From contig NC_045696.1 of assembly GCF_009834535.1 (NCBI RefSeq), positions 38,938,001-39,002,000 on the forward strand: 64,000 bases of DNA. The letters run 5' to 3'. Shown here one piece after another: positions 1-11,620 of this stretch. The notes beneath the pieces were generated by a model. The model was not told the origin of the DNA. It saw only the letters and a program-made list of their open reading frames with translations, and searched no databases. Both the position numbers and the translations under genes were made by a program. The stretch's first letter is position 1. Each line of letters starts with the position of its first letter. The stretch is from Camelus ferus (lineage: Eukaryota).

Positions 1-237
<237 letters not shown>

Positions 238-659
238 TAATTTCATTATCATGTTATAAAATCTTGTTAACCTTGTAGTACCTTAAAATAATAAGTATCA
301 GCCAGCCATAATTTGCAGTTTATTTTATGCAGATATGTAGGTAAATCTTGATTAATTAAACCAGAATATTTTCCAAATATTTGTCTTTTCCTCTCAGAAG
401 ATCTTCACAAATTTGCAGTTTACTTTCAGGTAGCATTGCCTTCTTTTTACCTCCCTCTTTATAAGAGGAGCAAAACAAGCAGAAAGGTGAATCATTTTTA
501 TAGGTTCTATGGATAATTAGACAGTTTCCCAAGAGTGTGGTATGCATATCAGTAGTAGCAAGCAGAATGACTTTAAGTCATTTAAGTAGTAAGTATGTGA
601 ACATATTATTTTAATAACTGAAAAATATATAAAGCTAGCATATTCAATACATAATGCAT

Positions 660-1110
660 AAGTTAAAGTTAGGTTCTGTGACTAAAAGAAAACCCCCATA
701 ACGGTGGACTAAATAAGATAGAGAGGCTTCTTTTTCTGTCATCTAAGTAAGTTTATAAGAGATATTCCAAGCTACACAGCCGAGGCATCTGACATCTTTC
801 TGCCCTGCTATCCTTAATGCCTGATTTTCCTCCAAGATCCTCAAGATCCCCACGTTGTCACCTTAGCTAACTATCCTGTCTATATTCTGTCACAGGGATG
901 AGAAAAGAACAGGGCAGAAGAATAGGTCTTCTTGCTAAATAAGCTCTCTTTAAAGAGCTTACTCAGGAGCCCCAACTAATGACTCTTAGACTTCACTGGC
1001 TACCTCATCTGTAAATGAAGCTGGATTTTTTTTTTAAGCAAGGCATACTGTTGATTCCATAAATGATCAAGGTCCTATAAGTATGGAAGAAGAGGAGAGT
1101 GGATATTGGG
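660..1110 (+). mobile_element. MaLR (MLT1-like) LTR remnant
   Basis: ggactaaataagatagagaggcttctttttct...ggatattgggtagatagc resembles old MLT1 LTRs. Confidence 0.4.
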
Positions 1111-2944
1111 TAGATAGCTAACATTTACAATTGTAAATGCATTTGTTTAGGCAAACCATTAGTCAATTAATAAAAAATGTTGATTAAAAAATAGTATAGC
1201 CTGCATGCAGTTAGAACAAAAATTAGGAAGCTGGCACTCTTAATGACTGAATGGCTGGCGAGTGGGAATTGCTCCTAAGTCTGATGGTTAAAGGTGGACT
1301 TCATTGCTTCCAAACAGTGCTTCAGTTTGGGCAGAATCAGAAGCCTTACTGCTCCATTTTCTTATTGCAACAGCTTCAGTTTTACTTCTGTTTCAGTTTG
1401 CTATTTGGAATTACGAAAATGCCATTATTTCTTTTCTTCTGGTCATCATTCCCTTCTTCTACTGGATGAATTTGCCACTTGAAAATAACTAACTGCTGGT
1501 GTATTTTCAGGTGGGAATTAGTTTTAGGCAGCTGGGATAAGAAGCTGAAAATGGATGTGGAGAGTAATTTAGGTGTTTTAAGGTGCTCCCCAGCTGAGTT
1601 GGAAATCAGCTGAGATATGCTGAAGTTAGGCAGGGATCAAAAATAGCAAGTGTATTGAAAAAGCTGACTTTGGAGGGCAAGGTTTAGGTCTGGTCAGAGG
1701 ACTTGCTAACAGTCTCTTGAATTATGATTAACATCCCAGAATGCAAGCGTTCTTCCTCTGGGAAAGATCCTACTCTTCTAGGATCACTGCATGGCTCAGA
1801 ACAGGTGATGAGTATGCATGATTTAGATAAGCATGTGGCTCTCAAATGAGAGAGACAGACAGGGACAGAGAGAGGCAGAACAAAGGATGCTTAGTTCCAT
1901 TTCACACACTTAGCAGTTAAAGAAGTCTGTTTTTTCCCCCATAGAGAGGGGTAAAATTAGAGAGGGGAAATAGAGTAAACTAGAAGTGTCATTTTTGGAG
2001 TTTTCTCTGTATAGAAACAGGGGGAAACATATTATTCCCTAGTAAGGAGGACAGGTTAAAAAACCTGTGTACATGGGAGTCTTGTCTCCTGACCTAGATG
2101 AATATAAGAAATTTTGTTATCAGCCCTTAAGAGGAAGATACAGCATCCTACCCAATTGAATGAGGTCCAGGATTGAATTAGAGAGCAGTGGATGTGTCGT
2201 AAAAGTAGGACCATACCCAGATAGTCCTTAATCAATACTGTGAATCAACTATCAGCAGATCAATCTGGGCTAATGTTTAAGAAATTCAGTGGCTGGTGAC
2301 CTGCACTTCTGCAGGTAAGGCCATCAGCAATAAGTGAGCAAGATTGTAAGGAAGTTCTTTAGGTAAGATCCTATTCTATAGGAGATACTTCCATTTTTCT
2401 CCATATCAAGGAATATCCTCAAAAGAAAATTTTTTTTGGTTTAAGTAGTCTCAAATAAGTACAAAATGATTGAAACCAAAGCCACAGTTAATAACCCCAA
2501 AGTGGAACAGCACCCCACCCCATGCCTGCTATACTCAAATTGGCAGAAATAACATTCAAAGAACAAAACAGAAGTTAGATTCTCTTATTCCATCATCCTC
2601 AATAGTTCAGCAATCTTTTGTCCCAAGACAAGTTTATTACCATAGGAATAATCTTTGATACGGGTGGAAACAGCTTTCTTCATTAAATAATATTGGTCAT
2701 TTGAAGACAGTTGTTCTTATTTTTTAGGTTAGTTATAGATTTTTTTCCATAATTTCTCCTGTCATTTCTAGGAATTTGGGGCAGAAAGAGAGGAGGCAGC
2801 ATGAGCTCGGTTTATTATCTTGAAATATTCTAATATCTCAATTTCAGACTAGTCTTGTAAAAGACCTGTTGACATTGCCTAAACACCGTATTAGTCAGGG
2901 AGAGCCCTCAGGAAAACCTGGGCACACAGCCAATAACTAAAGCA

Positions 2945-3044
2945 NNNNNNNNNNNNNNNNNNNNNNNNNNNNNNNNNNNNNNNNNNNNNNNNNNNNNNNN
3001 NNNNNNNNNNNNNNNNNNNNNNNNNNNNNNNNNNNNNNNNNNNN
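2945..3044. other. Assembly gap (100 N, unknown true size)
   Basis: Run of exactly 100 N. Confidence 1.
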
Positions 3045-6000
3045 GAATTTTATTGATTTCGTTCTCTCTATAGCCCCCGGAACAGTAATTGTACCTGCTA
3101 CTTAGTAGATACACAATAAATATTTGTTTATATGAATAAATAGAAATGTTAAAATTAGTCTTATTTGGACATACTTGTAAGATTGAACTCTTACAAAGTA
3201 GCTGAAATTATTATACATTGTTTATTTAGAAAGCAGTTTCTTACTAATATATTTAACTCCAGTGTGCCTTTCTACCAAAAAATTCCAGTAAGGATAACCA
3301 GAAGTTATATGTTAGAGAAGATTTTAATACCTACCACTACCTTATATTAAATTATCCACCCACTCCCCCTGCTGGATGATATCCTTCTCTTGCCATTTTT
3401 CCCCTTTTCGTAAGAAGGTGTCTATTGAGAAAGGCTGGAAACAAAGGCAAAGAACTCTAGGAAGCAAGGAAGTGGTAGAGCTCAGAAAAGAACATTAAGA
3501 ACTAACCTTGGTGCTGAAAGAGTAATGACATACAGAAGAGCTGAGAACACCCTTGAAACTTCTCAGTACTCAAGATCACGTATCTCAAGGAAAACCCTCC
3601 TTACTTTTCCTCTGATTCTCGAGTTGGAATTTGAGGTTGCGTGCTATTTGGTTGGTAAATAAAGGAGGGATTTGGGGTAGAGAAATATCTTAAGGTAGAA
3701 CCTTTGTATTTCTCTAAATCAAACTTAAATTGATAATATCTAAAGTAGATTAATTTTTTAATTTTTGCATTGGATTAAGTGCTGTGACTGCTTTGGTTAA
3801 AAGTACAGCATTCAAAACATGGGTCTAATTAGTAAAATATACAGTCTTGCTTTTTGAAGTAGAAATTAATTTTACAAATTTGGAGAAGTCTCTTTCTACT
3901 TCGAATAATTAACAATTGAATTTTAACCAATTTATTTAATTGTGACATCTAAATACTTTTTAGTGAAAGAAAAAGTGGTATCTGATGCTATAAGGATATA
4001 GACTATTATATTGCTAGTTTCTGTATTTCTGTATAACCTAGAATGCCAAATTTTTCTTTGAAATTTGTCTAAAATTTTGGCTTCTTAATTCGAACTGGAC
4101 ATCTGACTAAGTTCCAATTAGTGTTTCATTTGTTAAGTTTGTTTTTTATTTTTTGCAATATTTTTAAAGCATGTATGAAATTAAAATTACACTTAGCCTT
4201 CTTTTCTAGTTTTAGAGAGAAAGGTAACGCTCAGTGATACTGAGTGTTGACCATGGTACTAAACATACAGTAAACTCTGATGTTCAGGTTTTGATTGTGT
4301 TATTGTTCTTCCCATGTGTTCATTGACTCAAGTCTCTGGCGTGACATGTGTGTGTTTTTGCTTATTTACTGTGTTGTGAGGAAGACGTAATAAAACAAGT
4401 AAATAGATGTATAAAATGTCAAAAAATAGAGGAAGATAATAAAAGAAAGGATAGCGAGACATGGTTCCTCTCTGACATCTAATTGAAGTCAGGGAGCAGT
4501 TCATGCAAAGGTTCAGAGGAATAGCTTTCCAGATAGAGAGCCCAGCAAGTGAAAAGACTCTTGGATGAGAATGTGCATGGTGTGTTCTAGAACAGCAAGG
4601 CGTCCGTGCTGGCTGGAATAGAGTGATCTAGGAGGAAATTGTAGGAGATGAGGCCACTGAGAAATAACCAGGGGCCATGTCATGTAAGGCCTTGTAGAAC
4701 ATGGTGAAGACTTGGGCTTTTATTCCAGTTACAGGTCTTATGACTTATTTAAAAGGAAAGGTAGAATTTAAACATTTGGGAATTATTAGGAAAAGATGCA
4801 GGGCTTTTAGTAGGGTAGTAATACCTACACCAAAGGGGAAGGATTTCTTCCTTGTATTACTTGTTTGGGACTGTGGTCTGATTTGGGACTGTACGTTTGT
4901 GATTAAATCAATACATTGATCTTTCTTGATTTAAATATTTCAGTTACTGATGTTTTGCCATTAATATAGATGATCCATAGTTTGCTTTGAATAATTGTGT
5001 ATCTCATGATGTTTGTCTCTGTCTTCCTATTTTAAAACAATTCTGTAAGTCATATTCTTAGTCTAACAAGTAATTCCTTAGAGATAAATTTTTTTTTATT
5101 AGAGGCAAATTAACTCTTTTAAAGGTTGTTTAGTACATTTTAAAATCATGCTTCAGCACACCAAAAGGAACACTAATCATTCAGAAAATCTATTTTTATA
5201 TACTAATTGCTATTATACAATTACATTTTGAAAGGAAATAAGTAAATCAGTAACATGTTATGAGAAACTATCAGTCTGAATCTTTGAAAAAGATTATTTG
5301 ATACTCTAAAAATCCTCTGCATCTTATTATTTTAGTTTATATAATTTAATTATTTATAAAGTAATGTCACAATAAAGACTTAGGTTTACTCTCTTAAGAA
5401 TAGAAAGACAATGAAAAGATCCTGTTTTATATAAATATCTCAAATATTTAATTTTCACAGTAACACCATATTAGGCCAATGGTAACATTCCTCCATTTAA
5501 CAGATGCTAAAACTAAAGGAAGAAGAGTTAATAACATAACCTCTCCAGGTTTCTGAAGCCAATAAATATAAAGTTGTGGTTGAAATCTACTGGGGTTTTT
5601 TTTGATTTTATCAATTTACCAAAGTTATAATTATAGGTTTATACCTCTAGATATCAGATTTCACTTTGAATAAAATCATTCCATCCTATGGCTAAATTAC
5701 AACCCAAGTCAAGCATTTCTAATAAATAAATGCTATTGAGTCACTGGGGCAGGGCAAAAAGTAGGATGGCGTACTCTATAAAACTCTTCCACTACTGGGA
5801 GAATAACTCAGAGTATGTTTTGTTAATGTCAACCTGAATAATATTCCTTGAATAATATCTTTTTAATGATACACTCTTCCAAGTGTCTATATAAATTATG
5901 AATCATTTTCTCATGTCTTGCTTCTGAGCACTCAGACTTTTATATCCTGTATATATTCAATTGCAGTACTTAGCCAGTTTTTCTCAGATATGTTACCAGA

Positions 6001-6091
6001 AAATATTAATTTGTCATATGAGAAAATTATAATTATTCTTACAGTTTTATGATGTAATGAAATGGGTATTTTTTTATGAATTTTATTTCAG

Positions 6092-6147
6092 TGCTAGTGA
6101 TGCCATAAAAGGAGAAGGATTGCAAGAAGGTGTAGACTGGCTTCAAG
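6092..6147 (+). CDS. ARL6: ARL6 penultimate constitutive coding exon (56 nt)
   Basis: ttttatttcag|T GCT AGT GAT GCC...CTT CAA G|gtac encodes (C)ASDAIKGEGLQEGVDWLQ, the ARL6 G5/C-terminal helix region. Canonical AG/GT boundaries. Confidence 0.96.
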
Positions 6148-6278
6148 GTACATCACCAAATACTGTGCATCTTCAGCCTTTATTTCCTTTCCATTCACAT
6201 TTTCTTTCCTTTTTTACATTTTGTTTTTATTATATCACTGCCTTTTTTCCTCTTGTCTCCATTTATTTCTGCTATCAG

Positions 6279-6291
6279 AAAAAACAATACA
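6279..6291 (+). CDS. ARL6: ARL6 13-nt alternative microexon (BBS3L, long retinal isoform)
   Basis: A long pyrimidine tract precedes ctgctatcag|AAAAAACAATACA|gtaagt. Inclusion reads G|AA AAA ACA ATA CA|A = EKTIQ and shifts the last exon to SDPGCEDMKR*, matching the BBS3L C-terminus as I recall it. Confidence 0.92.
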
Positions 6292-7814
6292 GTAAGTATC
6301 CAATACCTTGCTCCATTTACTTCAATTACATCTTTATAAAGAATTTATTTAAATAAAGTGCTTACATCAATATACATGACAACTCTAGGAAATAACTTAA
6401 ATTTATGGCAACAAATTTCTTTCGGATCTGGTAATAGAAGCACATTTGAAGTTTGGGACATATTTTAGACCTTACTATCAATAACTAAAAATAAATCTGC
6501 ATGGCATGTATGTATCTTTTACAAATCATGCTGTACTCCACATGTAGCTCCATTTATACATGGCATGTTTATGCAACTTTTAACTCTCATAGTTAGTATT
6601 ATATATACTGATGTTCTGTTAATGTTTTATATATCACAGTTCTATTTGTTATTCATCAAAACAGCTGTCGTGGGTTGGTACAGGCTTACTCTACCAGGGA
6701 AAAAAATTAAGATACATCATTTTCCCTAAGGTTACTTTGTCTTCAACACGGAGGAATAGCTTGAAGCACAATGACTCACACAGAGCAATAAAACATGAAT
6801 GTTAATGAAACCAAGTTTTGTGGGTCCTTCTTATTACAGGACCCTGAGGATCAGGCAAAAAACCTTCCGTTTGTGGGCAGAACAGCTGAGGGTGATTTCT
6901 ATTAGGAATCTCCCTGGCCTGAACAAGAGTGAACAACAAGAGATTACAAATTCTAGTTACAGTCTTGTGGCTATACATTTATTTTTTTCTATACCAACCT
7001 TACAATTCCAGTTACATGTGATTTTTTTTCTCTTCTGTATGTCATCGTGGATCTAGGGGCACCCTGCTTGCCCACCACACATAAAGAGACAACATCTCTT
7101 TGGTTCAAAGTGCTAAATGTGCATCTGAGAAATATTTCTACATTTTATTAGTAAAACATGGTATTTTAGTTGCCTGCACAGACTGTTGTATTTCTCTTCC
7201 ATTTGTGTTTGTGTGGTCATCATGCCATTTACCATTAAACTGCAGAGAACTTTCTAGTCGTATTTTACAATTAAGTGACAATTAAGAACCTCTGGTGGTT
7301 CTCAGAACTAGTGGGATTTTTCTGTCAACATACCAACTTAGTTTCTTAGACTGCTAAAGAAGTGGTCACAGTGGCCACTTTATGGGACCGATTGCCACAA
7401 AACACAGATACGTTACAAAGGAACATTCCAGAGAAGACACCAGAAGCATGTTTTCAGTCTTTGTTTACTATTTTATTATTGCTCACAGTGGAGTACAGCA
7501 TAGATGGAAACCCCACTATTACTCCTGATAAAGTAACTGAAAGCAGAGTGCTTACTGAAAATAGGTCACACACACTCTCTTTCTGGTTTTATTTTGTCTG
7601 TAATAATGAGGCCACTAGGTGTCAGTGACGATCCAACATCACAGTGCCACTTGCCAACTCTGGTCTTCTTACCTAATCTTTGCATCTTACCTCCCAAGTA
7701 TTTGTAAGAAGGATACATTATTGGAAATACTTCTGTGCCCTTATGTTGCCATATTATTTTATGTACCCTTTATAACAGTTCTCTGCAAGGTAAGTAGTAC
7801 TATCCCCATTTTGT

Positions 7815-8020
7815 GTAGGCAGCATGCAATGGTAGTAAAAGGCACTTGGGCTTTTATTTATTCCACTACTTATTAGTTACTGACATCTCTTATTATCTTA
7901 CAAAGATAATTTTCTTCATATGTAAAATTTTAAAATGTCAAAAAATTGCTGTACAGATTAAATGAAACGCTGTATGTGTTAAAGTGCCTAGCATAAGAAA
8001 GCATTCAATAAATGTTAAAT
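7815..8020 (+). mobile_element. MIR SINE
   Basis: aggcagcatgcaatggtagtaaaaggcacttggg...aaagtgcctagca...tcaataaatgtta. Confidence 0.6.
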
Positions 8021-8789
8021 TCACCCTTTTACCGAACTGCTCTATTCAGCAGAGGAGGAAACTTAGTATGTAGATTTAAAAGTTTATCAGTTTGTTTTGA
8101 GTAAGAGAGCCTTTGTTCATAATTTCTATGTAATAGTAAATAGTTTACATTTTTGATACTCCTGTCTCTCTTGATTTGGAAAGAGGTAAAAACCTGTTTT
8201 CCAAAATAAATAGCAGTTAATACAGGAGACTCGTCTGTGCCTATAACTGTTAATTTATTAGATAAAGGTGTTTTTTTTTATAAATCTAACTGTAAGTGTA
8301 TTCTGAACTCAAATCTCTTCATTTTGCCTGCAAAAATTTGAAATTTCCTAGGATGGCGAACAAGAAGGCCTCTGGTTCATTTTGGACCGATTTAACCTTA
8401 TTATTTTCAGTTTAAGTTTGGAAAATTTGGAGTAAAATATTAAATGACACATTTTGTACCATGATTCCATTCTCTTTTGGAAGGAGTCTCAATAATTACC
8501 TATGCATTACAGCCCAAACAGAAGAACCCCTGAGCAGGCAGACTACAGAGTATTTTTTAAAACTACCAGGGAATATACATAAAATATTACAGAGATATAA
8601 ATTGTTTTCTAGCTCTGAAACTTTCAAATGAGATATTTATAAAAAGAAATCCTGCCACATGACTAATGAAACTTACTCATTTTATCACTTTATGGGACAA
8701 GTTATTAATGCTTCCAGGTTTTAATATAGGACTTCTATAACCTATGCATATAGGTGTTCCAATGAGAGACAGAGGATTGAGCACACACT

Positions 8790-10955
8790 TTGTTTCATCC
8801 CCTCCTCAGATCTCACTAACAGTAAAGAGACTTTTGTTTTAAGACATTAATCCATGAGGACAAAAAGAATGGGAATGACAAAAATGGCAACCAAATTTGG
8901 AAGCTGAATATCTGAAGAATGTTGAATAATTTAACATACCTGAGAAAGCTGAATTCTAAGCTAGCCCTGGAGAAAGCTGGAAAGCATCCTAATTTACATT
9001 GCAGATCCCCTCAAAGGCTCAGAAATAGACATTGGAAATAAAGATGAAGTGAGACTGAAAGGGTAAGGCAATTGTACATCCTTGCCGCAAAAGAAGGCTG
9101 CAGTTTCATTCTTTGCAGAGAGTCTAATAGTACCTCTGACTGGAGAATACCAAGCACAACTGTGTGTGGTGATGCTGAACTGAAAATAAAGAGTGACTGA
9201 GAGTTTCATACTTAATACGGTAACTGTCTTCTGCCTTCTCCTGTTTCTCCTAGAAGACACTGTCAGTAGGTAGGAGATAGAAGGTCATCTCTGAAGAATC
9301 AGACCAGCCTAAGTGAAAAGACCTAAAGATATTAACACTAGAAATCCTCAAGGAAATGGCTTAGCTAAATACACTAGAATAAAGACCACTTTTGACAAGC
9401 CTCACACACATAACAAAATTCCAATCAGCACTCATACAAATGAGAAGATCAAAGGATCACCAGGTATTTGAAGACCAAAACATTAAGAATTATTAGAACT
9501 TAAACAAAAAAACAGGTTAAAAGAAGTAGAAGCTCTTTAGGGAGGACATTTCAATAAGCTATTGCAGTATTCTCAGAGAGATAAGAAAAGGTATTGCTTT
9601 GGTGAATATGGTCAGGATACTGCTTGAAAAGGAACAAAGAACAAAAAATGAATTCTTGGAAAATAATAAAATAGTAGAAATGGAAAACTTAATAAAAAGA
9701 AGATAAAATAGAGGCAAGCTCTCTGAAAAGCAAAAAATGAAAAATTGGAAAGAAAAGAAAGTAAGGAGTCATTTTAGGACGCCCAATATCCAGATAATAG
9801 GAATTCTTGAAAGAGAGAACAGACAAAATATAGAGAAAAGATTATCAAAGAAATTAAGTAGTATTTTCCAGAAGTGAATGATGAGTTTTTAGTTGCCAGG
9901 TCCCTTGAGAACCCCATGCAGTGGATGAAAATATTTCCACCCCAAGGTTCATCATGATCAAAGTCAACACTGAAGACAGTGGAAGATTCTACAAGCTTCC
10001 TGAGAAGAAACAGGTTTCATGTAAAAGATAAGGAAACAAAGTAGCATAGACTTCTCACCAGCAATATTTGGAAGCAATGCCTGGAAAAGTCTAAGGAGAA
10101 AATAATATTCTTGGGCAGTATCAGTGTATTGTGACTATAGAATTAAGACATCTTCAGCTGTGTAAAGTCTCAAGAGTTCACTTTCTGTACCTTTTACTAA
10201 GGTAGCCACTGAGAAATGTACTCATCAAAAACAAATGAATAGACCAAGAAGAAAAAATGTGGAACCATGAAATAGAAAAACCTGCACAAGAGAGTCGGGG
10301 AAGGAATCCCAAAAGAACAATAACGGAGATCCTAGAATCCTAATGAAAGCTCTCATACGAAAATAACTGGGCAAGCATGGAGAAAAACTGTTTCAGACTA
10401 GAGAGTTTTGCAAGACTCTAAGGGAGAGTTCTTCTGAAATTGATCAACTAGGTAACATGCTTCATAATAGTAAAAGTTGAAACACTGAGAGTAGTGGGAT
10501 TGAATTCACGTTAAGTAACATTAAAAAAACCCAAAAAAACTAAGATAGGGTTGGGGATGCAGAGCATTCCCTAACTGCAAGAAAAAAAAAATGTAATAGA
10601 AGAAAGGAAAAGTAACCAGGGCATACCACTGTCTGGGCTGTGAATAGTATGCATATAGGCATCATACTGATGACTGCATTAACGTTAGGAAAATGGGACT
10701 ACTAGAAGCATCATGAGAGTGGCAGAACAACAGTATATGAGTGTTTGAGAACAGGAGCCTCATATTACATTGAAGGGACTGATATTTCAAGTAATGATAA
10801 AAGCTTATTATTTAGAGTTACAGAGGTAATCACCTAAAAGAAGTTGGGAGTAGGAGAAAGAGGAGACGAGGCAAAGGACTGCTGTTTTTCATTATAAGCT
10901 TTGTAGAACTAGTTAACTTCAACTAGGTGCATGTACAGTGACAAAAATAAAAACT
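8790..10955 (+). mobile_element. Ancient HAL1/L1ME-like element (ORF1 remnant plus 3' end, no ORF2) in the last ARL6 intron
   Basis: A-rich decayed ORF1-like sequence (e.g. aggacgcccaatatccagataataggaattcttgaaagagagaac at ~9775). The 3' end ctgctgtttttcattataagctttgtagaac...aaaaataaaaa resembles HAL1. Confidence 0.6.
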
Positions 10956-11099
10956 ATAGCATGAATTGTGTTTTGAAAAAAAAAAAAACAGGTGTATGTA
11001 TAGGTTTCTACCATGTTCTTATAGATTTGTCTTGGATTACTTTAGAAAACATTTTGCTCTGTAGAGACTGATGATTTTTTGTTTGGTTTTTGTTATCAG

Positions 11100-11125
11100 A
11101 TCAGATCCAGGCTGTGAAGACATGA
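11100..11125 (+). CDS. ARL6: ARL6 last coding exon, canonical frame (DQIQAVKT*)
   Basis: ttttgttatcag|AT CAG ATC CAG GCT GTG AAG ACA TGA, in phase with the exon ending at 6147. The alternative BBS3L frame ends at TAG 11131-11133. Confidence 0.95.
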
Positions 11126-11614
11126 AAAGATAGTATTTGGAAACCTCAACAATTTTCAATTCAAGGAATATATCTTAAAGCAAACTGAACTTTAAATTTC
11201 TTAAAAGGTGTTTGTACATCTGAGAATACTTTATAATCTTCTGCTTGCATTTATGGACTCTGAATGAGGTTTTTAAGAACATAGGACTTCAGGTATGCTA
11301 ATCTGGCCATTAATTATACGAAAATTAAATTTTTCCTCAGAAGGGCTCCCTCCCCAGAATTACCGACTTCTTGTTAAAAGTCTGCATTTGATTGTAACTA
11401 GAATGTTTAAAGTCAGAGTTATAAGCCATCTCAATATCTCATCATGATTTATGATACCTTTAATGCATTTTACTTTTTTTAATTGTCTTCTAAAAATTTA
11501 GTTTATCATATGACTTTTGTAGTATGATTGTGCTTGTGGAAAAAGAACTTTAAATATTTATAAGGGACCATTGGGTAATTAATATATATTAAAGTTTTTC
11601 TATATGTCACCACT

Positions 11615-11620
11615 AATAAA
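11615..11620 (+). terminator. ARL6: Candidate proximal polyadenylation signal of the ARL6 3'UTR
   Basis: AATAAA about 490 nt after the stop codon, followed by GT/T-rich sequence (~11670-11700). More distal AATAAA hexamers occur, e.g. 13751-13756. Confidence 0.45.

Noticed and set aside
6057..6356. 99-aa ORF with a hydrophobic tail (membrane-anchored ARL6 variant?)
   Set aside because: Only 6092-6147 matches ARL6 in this frame. The Phe-rich tail is the translated polypyrimidine intron.
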